A stretch of 62,646 nt of DNA from Paraglomus brasilianum (taxonomy: Eukaryota), in the NCBI GenBank assembly GCA_910592345.1, contig CAJVPI010000064.1, positions 1 to 62,646 on the forward strand, read 5' to 3'. The position numbers and the translations under genes were made by a program. This document shows, in pieces, positions 39,645 to 52,493 of the stretch. The notes under the pieces are model-generated. The model was not told the DNA's origin and made no database searches. It saw only the letters and a list, made by a program, of their open reading frames with translations. How positions within the stretch are numbered: position 1 is the stretch's first letter; each line of letters starts with the position of its first letter.

Positions 39645-40139
39645 TATTTCTATTCGGAGTGGAGAATCATGGTTATTTAGTACATAATGCCGGCATAATC
39701 TTTTATGACTTTTGGTTCGATACCTTTGCGTTCAACTGTTAAGTAATAAGCGATTTGAGATGATCGTTGTATTTATGGCATCCCCACTAGACATACCTGT
39801 TTTATTCATAACAGTTATTTTTCGTATTTGAATACAACTACTATTAAAGCGTCCCAATATTTCCCAGAGTTCTGGACCGAAAATCTTCTTTCCAGGAAAA
39901 TCGATTTAATTTCTCTTGCCGGTTGAGCTTTGAATCCCAGAAAAAGATTAAAAAACTTGGTATCGGTGATGGGGCGTTTGGTGGGTATGGTAAAACTCAA
40001 TATTACAATAAAGAATCAAACCTTTGGTAATAGTAGTAACTGCGTGATTTATCGTTATTATACTAACGAGTTTATTAGTATGTATTGTAAGAGTCGCTTG
40101 AAGTATTGTATTGACTCTATGATTGTCGAATTTTATTTG

Positions 40140-40600
40140 CTTGAAATTATTGGATATTGACAGTAATTTAGTAGTTTACGGTTAGATAGTAATAGTAAAT
40201 GTAGTCGCTTTTTATCAATGCGTGTGGATCTAATCATCTAGTCATACGATGGTTTTGCTTGAATTATTGGTACAAGTTTTAGCATTATGGTTAAATTGTA
40301 TTTTGATGTTTGTATTTTGATGTTTGTATTTGACATGAAATTATTGGTATAGTTTTTAGCATTTCAACGTAGTAATCATACAATGGCTATCCTTTGGTAT
40401 TATGGTTAGATTGTATTTCGATATTTGTGTCAATGATTTGCATTGAAAATTATAGGTACAAGTTTTACGGTTAGACTATAAATAAGTCTATTTTGACAAT
40501 GATTTGCATTGAAAACTATTGGTACGAGTTTTAGCATTATAGTTAGACTGTAAATATAATCTATCACGGTTAGACTGTAAATATAGTCTATTTTGATCAA
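40140..40600. repeat. Degenerate AT-rich tandem array
   Basis: Recurring TGAAA(A)TTATTGGTACAAGTTTTAGCATTATGGTTAGA(C/T)TGTA module. Confidence 0.65.
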
Positions 40601-41151
40601 CCGTACGATGATTGGATTGCATATGATAGTCTAACTAATATACAATATTGCAATTTGACAGATTAAACGAAGACTAAAACTTTATGACATTTGACCCCGT
40701 TATTTAATAATGCGGTAGATAGAATTCTCCACGAATGCTTCGACACTTGACATTAGTTTCAAATACCAGTTGGATATAATACATATTTCGATGGTTGAAA
40801 GACATTTGCTTCTATACTAATGATGACAAAAACATCAAGCAAGTTATCGTACGAATCAGATTGTCATAATGAAAATGTATGCGGAGGGAATAGTGTAAAG
40901 TGTAAAGAACATCGATGCAATTTAGCAACAAAATAACGATATAACCATATTCTTATGCCTTATACGATATAATTTTGTATAAAAGCTTTATTAATAAATC
41001 ATAAGCCACGTATATTATTACTTACATTCTTATGAGGTTAATGATCAAGCGACAACAGTAAATATACAGACTGGTTGATAAATGACATACTCTGAAAAAT
41101 AGTATATTAATCATAAGTCGTTTATGGAAATGCCTGTTTATAGAATTGCAT

Positions 41152-41316
41152 GGGAGGCATTTATTTCATCGACAATCATTTCACCGATAGTACACTTCAC
41201 CGACAGTTATTTCACGTGACACATTGTTTATCGCACTTATCATTGGTTTTCGATGAAATTTATGTCGGTGAAACGTACTGTCGGTGAAATGATTGTCGAT
41301 GAAATGAACCGGACCC
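41152..41316. mobile_element. Mutator/MULE-type MITE
   Basis: Near-palindromic element (ATTTCATCGACAATCATTTCACCGA / TCGGTGAAATGATTGTCGATGAAAT) with GGG...CCC ends and a perfect 9-bp TSD GAATTGCAT at 41143-41151 and 41317-41325. Confidence 0.9.
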
Positions 41317-42732
41317 GAATTGCATGTAATTTTATTCCCAATATTAAAAGATAATAATAGCAAGCGAAAAGTTCGGATTGTAATAAGCTCAGTTTTTTTT
41401 TTGCTGAAACAAATGATTAACTTTGATATGTGATTGAGCATTACGATATAATATGGTTAACATACAGTATATTAATATGCATACATCATTTTGATAATAA
41501 ATAATAACATACGTTGCGTTCATAGATTATCCAATTTTATGTCGATGCCAAATTGACATACAACAAACTTCTTTAAAGCTCGAATAAGGAATCCCAATAC
41601 TTTCTCACGCGTGAGTTTGGATTCAATTATGTTTAATGTTTCTTGCGGTAAATCAAAATCGATAAAAGGCTAAGTCTGTCTCACCCGTCTGTCTCTCCGT
41701 CAATGAATCCGTGTAATGAATGACCCTGACGCTCTGTGAGTATAGACTCTATCCCATCCTCAGAATCTGTACCGAGAAATTCTCTTGGCTGTACAGAATC
41801 ATCACGTATTTTGAATAAATATTCAGCAACCTCTTCGGCTCTATGCCCGCGGTGGTAGAAGGCGCTATTGCCATTATTTTCGCGTTCAGAGATGACGCTG
41901 TTTGTGTTTCGGTAATTTGGTAACCATTTCATAAAAGGGTATTGGAAGATTTTGTTATATTTATTTGTTATTATTCCCAATAATTCTATACCAGTTGGAG
42001 TTTTGCGTTCCTTTGTTTAGTTGCTTCTATACCCGTTGGCATTTTGAATCCAATACGCATTTGTAAAGCAATTTAAATGGCAGGAATTTCTCTTTGCCAG
42101 TATATCACTAACCAATTTCTAGACAACTGTCACCATGTCACCGGTGTAAAGTTGTATTAAGTAGGCGTCTTATAATCCAATGTGACCAAATGTTGTGACT
42201 GCAGAAATTTTGAAAAGAGCGATAGAAATGATGCAAATATAAAATCATTGTCATTATAAATAGAGTGGCGACGCAAATATGAAATTATCGTCATTATTTC
42301 CCGAGCCCCCGCAAGTAAAATAATTATCCCCCCCGCGGATAACTTGAATGACAACGCAAATGCAAACTTGTCCTACTTGAATGATGATTGAATACATAAT
42401 CTTGTCGTCAATTGAATGGGCAAGTTTCCCGGCTAAATGTTTACCCAGGTCTTGGATGGATCATCACCACCGTTATCAAGTAAAGTGTTATTACGATAAT
42501 AAAGAACGTATTGAGACAGGAATCGTAAGTAAACTATAGAGTTGAGTCTCGTGTTGCCAAGGTTCAAGAACTAATACATGGGGCATGCAGCATGCCTGGG
42601 CATATAAACGCTGACCAATAAAATGTAATTGATTATGGACCAATGAAACATATCTGCAGATCGGGCTAGTCATATTATTCATCAACTTTCTTGGTAAGTC
42701 TGTATCACATCAGTTCTCTGCATTTCATTACG

Positions 42733-43188
42733 ATGAGCATGAACAAAGGCAATGAAAAGGCACCTATCGACTTCAACTTCTTAGGCAACAAAGATAAGAA
42801 TTTAGACATTAGAGTTGAGGCCGTAGCCAACATTTCGGCTATGTCATTACAGCATGCGTATAATAGTGTCCAGTTAACCGACAGTCTTAATAATAATAAT
42901 AATTCTTTAAAGAATCAGATTCCATCCAAAGGAAGTCAACCATACAAAAAGCCGACAACGGCCAGTATAGATCCGAAGACGGCAAAAGTGCGTGGACTAG
43001 TTGATGACGTGGATGCACCAGAGACTAAGAGAAAATTGATTGAATTATTCATAAGTTATGGGGGTACTATTTACCTATCGGATATACCGATGCAGTATCT
43101 AAAGTATTTTGGAAGGGCCTTGAGGTACAATACCAAATTAGTGAGTATTCTCGGTTGGGGAGGAAGTAAAGAGAGAGATTTCGGGTAA
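42733..43188 (+). CDS. Orphan ORF, uncharacterised
   Basis: ~150 aa ATG-initiated ORF with protein-like composition; no family recognised. Confidence 0.35.
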   Translation: MSMNKGNEKAPIDFNFLGNKDKNLDIRVEAVANISAMSLQHAYNSVQLTDSLNNNNNSLKNQIPSKGSQPYKKPTTASIDPKTAKVRGLVDDVDAPETKRKLIELFISYGGTIYLSDIPMQYLKYFGRALRYNTKLVSILGWGGSKERDFG

Positions 43189-44920
43189 GAGGAAGGGAGA
43201 GTCTAAGAGAAAAAAAAAAGGAATTTCCCAATTTTTTTTTCTTCATATTACGATCCTTGCATTGACCATGATCTACTGATTTAGCATATTGTTTGATCTT
43301 ACAATCAATGACAATCAGGATATAATCTAATCACACTCCGTTACCATTATTATTACTATGTTCTTGCGCAATCACCAATCCAAATCAGAAATCCTTGTTT
43401 GGTGAGAGATTTCCTGGTGTTTTCCAAGTATCTTCTTCTCGAGATAAACGACTCACCGTCACGCTCAACAAATATTCGAGACATCCCCCTCTTCCACATA
43501 CCCCCCCTCTTCCACATACTCCCCCTCCTCCCCCTCCTCCCCCTTCTTCTTCTTCCAAAAATCGTACTCTGATAATTAATCAGACGTCTCCAGTCGCTCT
43601 AGCCAAAATGCAAAAAAAGGAAGAAGAGCTTAATCAATCTGTTCAACTACAAAATACTTCTCGACAGCGACTTGAACGTGATAATCATCGTAATAATGAT
43701 GTCATAATGCGGAGCGAACTAGATAACGAGCAGAAAGTGAAGGAAAGATCTCGCATAGAATATTGGAATCCAAGAGGCCATTTGAGCCCACTACAGCTTG
43801 CTGTCTTGGAATACGTTTTCTGCTTTAGGGATACTGTTGGTGGAAGGAGAGCGGGACTAAGTCAGAGATTCGGCTAAGAATGAAAAAGAAAGCATGAACA
43901 ATATGAATTAAATGATATAATATTATATAGGCTCACGTAAATGACTTGGATTAATATCATATGGGTGAATTGCATAATAAAATAGAAACTGGGTCCCTAT
44001 ACGTTTAATTTGTAATCTGTGAGGAGTGGAAATGGCGTCTTGGACGCATCAACGAATAAGTTATTGGTTCGAATGACAAGTCTCAAAGTTACGTTACCAT
44101 TCTTGAGGCTACTGTGTATTATCAAATGCTTATGTGTGTATTTGTTGATATTTGTCTCCTTCGCTGAAATTCGGTTTATTTGTTAGTATCACTTAATTAG
44201 TCATAGTGGGGGTGAGTATTAGTATTGGTAGAACTTTCTCGGAAAACTACGTGAGACTCGTCGGGTATTAGCGGAAATGGTGAGACATTCGATGGGATGA
44301 CTGTGCGAAAGTTGAAGACATAAACAGTTCGAACTGGTCCGACAACAGGAATTTTTGCCGTTCCACTAAACACAAGTTTGGGAACAATCGGTTTTTATTC
44401 CATCCGTGGCTTGCCGAACCAGACAGATTCCATGACGTTTTCTCTTGCACAGAACGGTAAGCATATGAATGCACATATGTGATGGGGCTTGACCAAATAT
44501 GGTGTTATACGCATCATTTCAGACAAACCCACTGACCATTTAGCTACATCAGTGTCTCATTTAAACACGGAGGAAGCATCGTGCGCAAGCTTGTTGATGA
44601 TCCATTTCCGCTTACAAACTTCATCATGGTGAGAAATCGGATTTGCTGCACTTGGCGATGATCGGCAACAATTTGCAGCGATTCTGTGGAAAATTTTAAT
44701 TATTCTAATGCAAACTTAAAACTTAAAAACCGCTCCGTATCCTGTCCGCCCGCATTGTGATTACGCTTTGTTCCATTACTCAATATTATTATCCCTTGAT
44801 TCGAAACGTTTTGTATTTAAAGATTTGTAAATTAACGGGGAATATCAAGATATATAGTTCATATGTTAATAACCATCAACTTTAAAACGCAACTCGCATA
44901 ATTAGAGTCTACTAACCAGC

Positions 44921-46724
44921 ATGATCGTAACAACCGGCGAGAAGGCAGACGCAGTGATGCCTACAGAAAGTTATGGCACATGTCCCTCTTGTCAACAGCA
45001 GAGCACGTACTACTTCTGGTGTGCTTCGTGCGAATACCGTAAATACCAGGACGAGACTCCTGGCTGGACGAGCGGAAACAAAGTTGTCGATGTGGTCATT
45101 AAAGACGTTCAACGCAATGCTCCATCAATCTTTTCGTTTTTGGAATGGATTCCACATAACAAGCTAAGAAAAATCAAACCTATTCGATCTGGTGGACATG
45201 GCACTGTCTACTCTGCAATTTGGGAGGATGGCCCGAGAGACGGTCCCCCATCTTTTAGTGAAGAATCACGAAAATTTAAAGGGCTCCCGCAATGGTTGCG
45301 ACGGTCATCCGCAAAGGTTGTCCTCAAAGTCATTAGCAAGTCTCAAAAAGTATCGACAGATTACTTTGATGAGGTATGTTGTAGATACCATGAATACGTC
45401 TCTACAAATCAAAGAACGTTTTCCTTTGAATTTTCTCTCTTACCTGCAAAACAATCTTACCGTTGAAACAACCCCCCTCCCTCTTTTTTGCTAAATACAG
45501 CTACGTCTTTTCTGTCGATGTGCACCAGATTGCGAATCGTTTGATAACTTTACTCTGCCTCATGTTTTGCGGATTTATGGTTTATCTATAGAACCAAGCA
45601 CGAAAGAGATAATAGTGGTAATGCAGTATGCCGATCAAGGCGATCTATATCATTCAATGTCACGAACAAAGATGTGGCCAGGTGATATTCTCGCTTTGAA
45701 AAACATTGCTCAAGGCTTGTCTGTCATACATCGTGCCAATATCTTGCACCGTAATCTTCATGGTGGTAATATTCTTCAACATGGGAAATGTTTGTATGTC
45801 GGCGATGCTGGTTTTCATCGACACTCCGAGTGTTCGCGTAAATCAAGTAAAGGCGTCTACGGCATCATGCCGTACGTTGCGCCTGAGGTTTTGCGAGGAG
45901 AGGGATATACTAAGAAGGCGGATATCTACAGCTTTGGAATTATTATGTGGGAAATTCTAAGTTGCCAACGACCATTTGCCGATCGTGCACATGATGCAGC
46001 TTTACAAGCCGACATCTGTAAAGGAGCACGACCTCCTATAACTGATAAAATTTGTAAAAAATGTGCCGAGTTGATACAAAAGTGTTGGGACCCTGATCCG
46101 GCCAAACGTCCTCTTGCGGATGAAGTATTGAATAATTTAATTTCACTATCTGTGATGATGTCGCCGCACTTTCTACCAAAAGGTCTAGAAAAACCCGCGC
46201 CAGCTTCTGGAACTCGTTATAAAAGCCGATTCATAACTTACCTTCATTCACCTGATTCTCTCAAAAGTAAGTTGTATTCGGAAAAATACTGAATTTGAGA
46301 GATTGTTATTCAACTTTCTTTCGTGTTTCATTATAGGAAAGGCAGATGAAAATTTGCAAGTTAGGCGGCCTCCCACGGTGCCACTGCCATCGCTTCCATC
46401 GAACGTAGAAACAAATGACGATCTTTTGGCAGCTCGAACATGTAAGTTATAATCAAGTTTTGATTAATCGATTAATTAGATAGTCCGATGCTCACGATGA
46501 ATGTTTGTTCTAGTCGTTGCTAAGAAAATTAAAGAAATACGTAAATATAAAAAATTGCGGTCAGGAGAAAAGCGGGATTGGAATGATCAGGATTTTCGAA
46601 TGTAAGTATAAAAATTGCAAAAAAAGTTGAGGCGTGAAATATTCCAGCAACTAATACATTATTATTTGCATTTGACGATGGTTCCAGTTTGATCGATTGG
46701 TTTTACTGGGAGAAAGGAGGATAA
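44921..46724 (+). CDS. Tyrosine-kinase-like (TKL) protein kinase of the Glomeromycota-expanded type; probable pseudokinase
   Basis: N-terminal C..C/WC..C and WTSGNKVVD, LEWIP, GGHGTVYSAIWEDGP, LHRNLHGGNIL, GIMPYVAPEVLRG, ADIYSFGIIMWE, CWDPDPAKRP. Exons 44921-45373 and 45501-46267 plus small 3' exons (may instead stop at 46605). Confidence 0.88.
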
Positions 46725-47069
46725 TAGTTTGTGAAAGATGTATTTAATGTAAATGTTTTTATAAAATAATGTGTGGAATAAGAATGTAGCTAGTGCAGGT
46801 TTCGCTGGTTAGACGCTATTTATAATGCCTTGGATAATATAATTTAAGAGAGCGCGGTTGGGAAATATTGAATTGGTCTAGTTATTATCAAAACCCCGCT
46901 TTCTTTTCTTTCTTCCCTTCTTTCTTTTTTTTTTTTTGTACAAAGTCCAACTGATTTGTGAATAAAACTGTGGAGGCAGGTTGAAGGATGTGATTGGATG
47001 ATGTGCCAAAATTACATTGAACGTACTGTCAGCTAGTTCCTAATGTTGTTTCTGTAAAATCAAATATTG

Positions 47070-48560
47070 ATGCCTGAGGAAAAGAAAGATCCTACCGTAC
47101 ATTTCGTAGCAGGTGCTGTATCAGCGCTTGTCTCCTGTGTGGGGCTACAACCTTTTGATTTAATTAAAACAAGAATACAGCAACAAAAGCAAGATCACCT
47201 CGTTATCTTGAAAGATGGAAAGAGATTAAATCCATTAAATAGGTGGGATAACTGACTTGGGTATATTAAAACGCGAGCGAAGGATAACATAATCATTGCG
47301 CGTACATATATGTCCTTTCCCCCTCCCTTATCTCTCAGCACGATTGTATCAACTATAAAAGAGATCACTTCCAAAAATTCCGTGCTTGGTTTATGGCGAG
47401 GAACAGTACCAACTATACTTCGGTAAAATCACCAAATTTTGAAATATTTGCTTTCCAAATACTGTTCCAATTATTACTCACGGTATCCCAGAAACGTTCC
47501 TGGACAAGGATTATATTTCCTTACTCTATCAGAGATTCGACATTTGTTTAGTCAGAGTCGTTTAATATCCTCTGCTAAAGTAAAATCAGATGACTCTGTA
47601 TCGTTACTGCCAGTATTGTCAAAGAGGGAAAATCTTATTGCAGGGATGACTGCGCGAGCTACTGTCGGTTTCATCATGATGCCAATCACAGTCATTAAAG
47701 TTAGATATGAGGTATGTAGAAGGTGAACGATGCCATTTGACATTCGATTGTAAGCGCAAGCTGTATTGACAAGTCGTTTCATAGAGTAATATCTATAATT
47801 ATAAGAGTATCTGGGATGCACTAATATCAATTGTGCGTAATGATGGCGTCAAAGGCAAGGAAACATATATTTGGCTCTTATTTGGTCTTTTTTCCGTGTA
47901 TATGTTGATTTTCAATTGACTATTAGGATTATTCGCTGGATATGGTGCGACCGCAATAAGAGACGCCCCACAAGCAGGGTTGTATATTCTATTTTATGAG
48001 AATGCAAAGTCAAAGATTGGAGGTAAAAAAAACGCGCATACCAGCGCAATCTGTTCAAAGGGCTAATCGTAAAGTCTTATCTAATATACAATGCGTTTCC
48101 ATCATCTTTTTTAGAATGGAAGACGGCCAATTCGTACTCTATAGCATCGCCCGTAATACACATGTCATCCGGTGATATATTAAATTGGGACTGTTTATTT
48201 ATAGTTTGCCAGCCTTTAACTAATTACTTGGTGTCGTTTAGCAATATTCGCCAGTGTTGCAGCAACAGTCACTACTCAACCATTTGACATGTTAAAGACG
48301 CGAATGCAGTTGAAACCGTCCAAATACTCTAATACCTGGCAATCGGCACGTTTAGTGTTTAAGGTAATGTCAAGGAGTCTTGTCGTCGAATATGTCTACG
48401 GAGTTTCACTAATCCATTTCATATAAAGGAAGAAGGAATCATAGGCTTCTTTGACGGTATTACTTTGCGACTGGCAAGAAAAACCATTCAGTCAGCAATT
48501 GTTTGGACAATGTACGAGGAGATAGTAAAAAGAATTTTAGTTGAAACTAATAATAATTAA
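47070..48560 (+). CDS. HEM25: Mitochondrial glycine transporter (SLC25A38 family)
   Basis: Three carrier repeats [18 protein letters not shown] and [10 protein letters not shown], plus the family motifs RNVPG, RDAP and RLARK; multi-exon. Confidence 0.88.
47855..47926 (+). other. Predicted GC-AG intron in HEM25
   Basis: AAAG|GCAAGG...TATTAG|GA restores the conserved [17 protein letters not shown]. Confidence 0.65.
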
Positions 48561-48706
48561 GCAATGTTTCACGGCAGCCAAAATTAGGAATCATGTACCA
48601 CTTTTACAAGCGTCGCATTCTAAACGATAAATAAAGCCCGCCTCTCTTTCCTCTTTGAAAACTTCACTCCGTAATCGATAAGTATATTGTAAATGAACAA
48701 ACCAGA

Positions 48707-50945
48707 ATGGAGCATAATCATAATATGCACTCATTACATTCAAATTTATCTAAAAACGCAGAAGATGCAAAAGAACCCTTGCCCGGTGATATCTTAAACG
48801 ACCGAAGACGATCTCGAAGATTGAGCAATATAAATAATCATGGCATTGCGACATCCGATGTCAGCTCACCAAATCCACGACCAATAGATTCTACGACAAC
48901 ACCATCAGTACCGCTAGCAGCCGATCAACTGTATCCAAATGAACATTCTCGAGAGAACGAACCAAGTGCCTACCCAAAAAAAGAGGACCTGCTACGAACG
49001 GAACAGATTTTTCATTTACAACCTTACTATCAAGCTACTTCAGAGGGGACAAGGAAAAAACCTAAAAGACCCATAATTCGCCCCATTACGTCTAATGGTG
49101 AGGAATAGAATGTATGAACCCGAGATAGATTCGTGGATTTACTGAGATTAATCGATATTCTGTAATGTTGCGTAGCAAGTGCTCCCAATTTGTTTGAAGG
49201 CATTGGAAAGACTCCCAGCGAATATGTCAAGGGGATTCCTCGTAAGTATAATTAGAAAGACAACTCGATGATATCATTGGAATAGACAAAGTCCCCAAAC
49301 ATTTACCACTAATGCTTGATTTCCTTTTTGTTTGTCTTGAATATTTGCCAACAGAAAAACAAAGGTCCTTTGTTTCTCCACAACAAGTATTACGTCAACC
49401 ACCGCGAACTCCAAAAGACGACCGTCACGTTCGTGCCAAGGAAAATAGCGATGATGACGACTTTGACGATATTCGCGGTCAAGATTTCTTACGCTACGAA
49501 CATCATGAACAAGTTAACCTTCTCTCTTCTGCGCTCGAAAAGACCAGAAACAGACTTAAAGCAAAGGTTGAAGAGTCCCGGACGTTAAAAAGGGAAACAG
49601 ATGAAAAGTGCAGGCAATATGAAGAACAGATTCAAGAAACACAAAAGCGAAATGAAGAGCTTAGGAAAGAGAAAGAACAGTTAAACAGTAGTTATGCGGA
49701 AGCGTGTCGGGAGAAGGAAGAACTATATCGGCAATTGAACAGAGCTAATGAAGAAAAAGAGGCTGCAAAGCACGAGGCTGATAAATTGATATTACAGCAG
49801 AGGACTAATAATGATAATGGTAAGTCAAAGAATGATATTATTTACAAACAAAAGAAACCCATTGCTCACCAAACTTTTTAATGGTTTGTGTGTATGTATG
49901 TATGTATATGTATGTATGTATGTATGTATGTTTGTTTGTTTGTTTGTTTATTTGTTTGCTTACCCACATATTTCTCCGATAACGGTATTTAGTTGAAGCA
50001 GAGGTCCGGACATTGCGCAAAGAAATGCAAAAGCTGAAAGAAGAAGCTTCAGCTTATCAATCGGCTCTTGGTTCGGCAACCAACATCCGATGGAGCGATG
50101 ACGACTCTAACAATTCAGTCCAACTTACCAAGGCGATCAACGATCTCCATCACCTTCTTAGCGACTTTTGTAAAGTCAAAGGTGCTAACGTGAAAATCAA
50201 CGAGGAAGCAGCCGCAGATCTACTACATCGATATAAATGCAACACAAAGATAACAGATAAACGACCAAAACCTGTTCTGAGTGCTTGTCTTCAACGACTA
50301 GTTTTAGAAACGATATTCTCACATATAGATACTTTTATAGATGGTAGTCTTGGAATAGTTATTAATGGACGCCAAATACCGGATGAAAATCTCGAGGCAT
50401 CAATTATAAGCACGACAAGTCAACTCGTTTCTTTAGTTGGTCAGTTCTCTTCGTCTCGCAAAGGCAGTGATCAATTAACGTCTATCACTCCAATAAAAAT
50501 ACGGCAACAAATCTATGCTGTTCTAGGCTCGCGAGCATTTGTAAACTCGTCCCACCCCTTCATTAAGAACTTGACCAACGACCTCCTCGCAACTATGTCG
50601 CGATATCGTGTTCTTACTCTCGAAGGCAGAAAAAAAGAAGAAGCTATGATGGAAGTACAGGATCTAATTCAGCAGGCGGTACATCTATACTTTGGATTCC
50701 ACGCACAGGAGCCGGTACCAGAATTTAAGTTTTTCTTTGAGAGTGGAGAAAAATTGACACCGAGTACGATGGCCGGGCCGTGGAATGAAGAAGAAGTCGA
50801 AAATTTAGAAGTGGAGATATGTTCATTCCCTTTTGTAAGGATAGCCGATACGAATAGAGTGCTGAGCAAGGCCCAAGTGATACCGAGAGGAAAAAACGGA
50901 ATGAATGAAATAGATGAGGAGACGTATAAAGGTAGTTTTTTTTGA
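48707..50945 (+). CDS. Uncharacterised coiled-coil protein (disordered N-terminus, coiled coil, conserved C-terminal domain)
   Basis: Three long same-strand ORFs joinable by GT-AG introns. C-terminal domain ASAYQSALGSATNIRWSDDDSNNSVQL...TPIKIRQQIYAVLGSR...EICSFP resembles a lineage-specific family I recall from Glomeromycota. Confidence 0.72.
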
Positions 50946-51133
50946 GAATTATGTAATGCAGATAATGTATTGACAGTTTTATAATGTATGTAATTATACA
51001 TATCGTTGTATTTAACTCTATCGTTTTTTGAAATTCATGATAACCCAATTCTCTGTTTGTAATATTCGTGCCTGATATCGCGTCATCGAAGCGAATCTGT
51101 ATGTTATCGCTATCTTACCTTTCCCATCTTATA

Positions 51134-52176
51134 CTAGTCTATTTTTTCTTGGAATCTTTATCGCCGATATCTCTAAAGTACTTGTAGATCTCAATGGCTT
51201 TTTCGTATAATTCTTTGTCTTTTTCTGGATCAAATGATGTTATTATAGACGCGTTTGATCTTTCAGAAGAAAAAAAAGAATGACAAATGATTAGCAAGAA
51301 TCATCAATCCCCTGACCATTATTGGCCAGCCTAAATCGCCAACTCGCTTGTTACGTCTACTTTTAGAAAACTTACTTTAGCTTTTCCTCCTTGTCAAAAT
51401 CTGAAATGCAAACCTCGCTACATTTCCTCAGTGTTACACCTTCTACTAACGGTACAAATATCCTCCCTGCTTCGGTAAATGCAGATGGAGGAACTGCAGA
51501 AAATATATTCGAACGCGTCACACTAATAGGTGGCGTCACAGGTACTCGATGAGATGGAGTAGAACTTGTGTAAGTAGGTAATCGACGAGAAGAGCGATAA
51601 GAAAGCGCCGCTGTAGAGATACGGCGTGGCGTAGTTTGAGCAAGTATCGAGCGTTCACGAGTTGTTAGTGGTGATCGCTCGTATTGACTGGCACTTTCTA
51701 AGTGGGCCTGTATAGGCAGATGGAATGAGGAAGGAAAGGAATCGAATAATTTCTCAGTATGGATGCAAATATCCTGTGCGCGCTAAGAATGCTACTAACA
51801 TTGCATCATAATAACAACACTTTTATGAACGAGCCATTCTTACGTTTAGCAAGTCTTGATCCGTTTCAATAAAAACACCTCGTTTTGCATCAAACTTTAA
51901 ATTCGAATGTGGATATTCGCCTAAACAATATACAATCATTATCGTTTGTGATCACAATGCTCTTGTATCATTGGTATCGTTCTCTCCATACATAATCACT
52001 GTGTTATGTGCGTCCTCTCTTACCAACGCACCAGCAGCCTGAAACGCAAGAGGGTAATCAGCTGGAAATCCGACCCTGCTTCGTCTCCCAACAGCTCGCT
52101 CCGTAGTGGGAGCGAAAGAAGTATATGCATCCGAGGGCATTTTGTAGCGCATATATAGGCTATCGAAACTAGTCAT
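51134..52176 (-). CDS. Uncharacterised multi-exon protein
   Basis: ATG at 52176 with TCACGTGA 86 bp upstream; exon-like segments with GT/AG ends (NIHIRNLKFDAKRGVFIETDQ; AHLESASQYERSP...; FDPEKDKELYEKAIEIYKYFRDIGD); stop at 51134. Confidence 0.55.
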
Positions 52177-52493
52177 GGCTGCTAATTATAATAATGGGGA
52201 GTAGAGGTAGTTGTGTTTTGATTATATAGCAATCTTTGGGTTGATCACGGGAAGGGTTTCATCACGTGAAATGTTTGAGGACATTACAACAAAAAGCGAA
52301 GTGTGCGCAATTATAATACTAATACAGTTAAAGTCGATTGAATTTAATAAATAGATTATTATGGCCAATTAGAGTCTATAAATGTAATTATTGCACAGGG
52401 ACTAGAATTAACCCCCTTCGAGAAATAATGAATTACTATTTTACATTGTTTAAGTTACGATTGTCTATTTTTGAATACAAAATATTGGATTGT

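Larger units (their letters stand above)
37690..40000 (-). pseudogene. D5-like (SF3) primase-helicase relic of viral/Polinton type, split by nested DNA transposons
   Basis: Collinear minus-strand pieces: FFNLFLGFKAQPA (~39970-39915), HLKSLIT..ERKGIEPKVIKDYAGIM..NHDSPLRIE (~39790-39647), then AYFKRLAKVLGHPDAPSVIMSYLLSLDISDWSIQDIPSTK and RDRLPNCVRFIID...LYREYRTRCEANGEKPFTNNMFG (38085-37720). Frameshifts and stops throughout. Confidence 0.78.

Noticed and set aside
41520..42700. Fragmented minus-strand ORFs as a viral RdRp or other gene
   Set aside because: No recognisable catalytic motifs; a profile search is needed.
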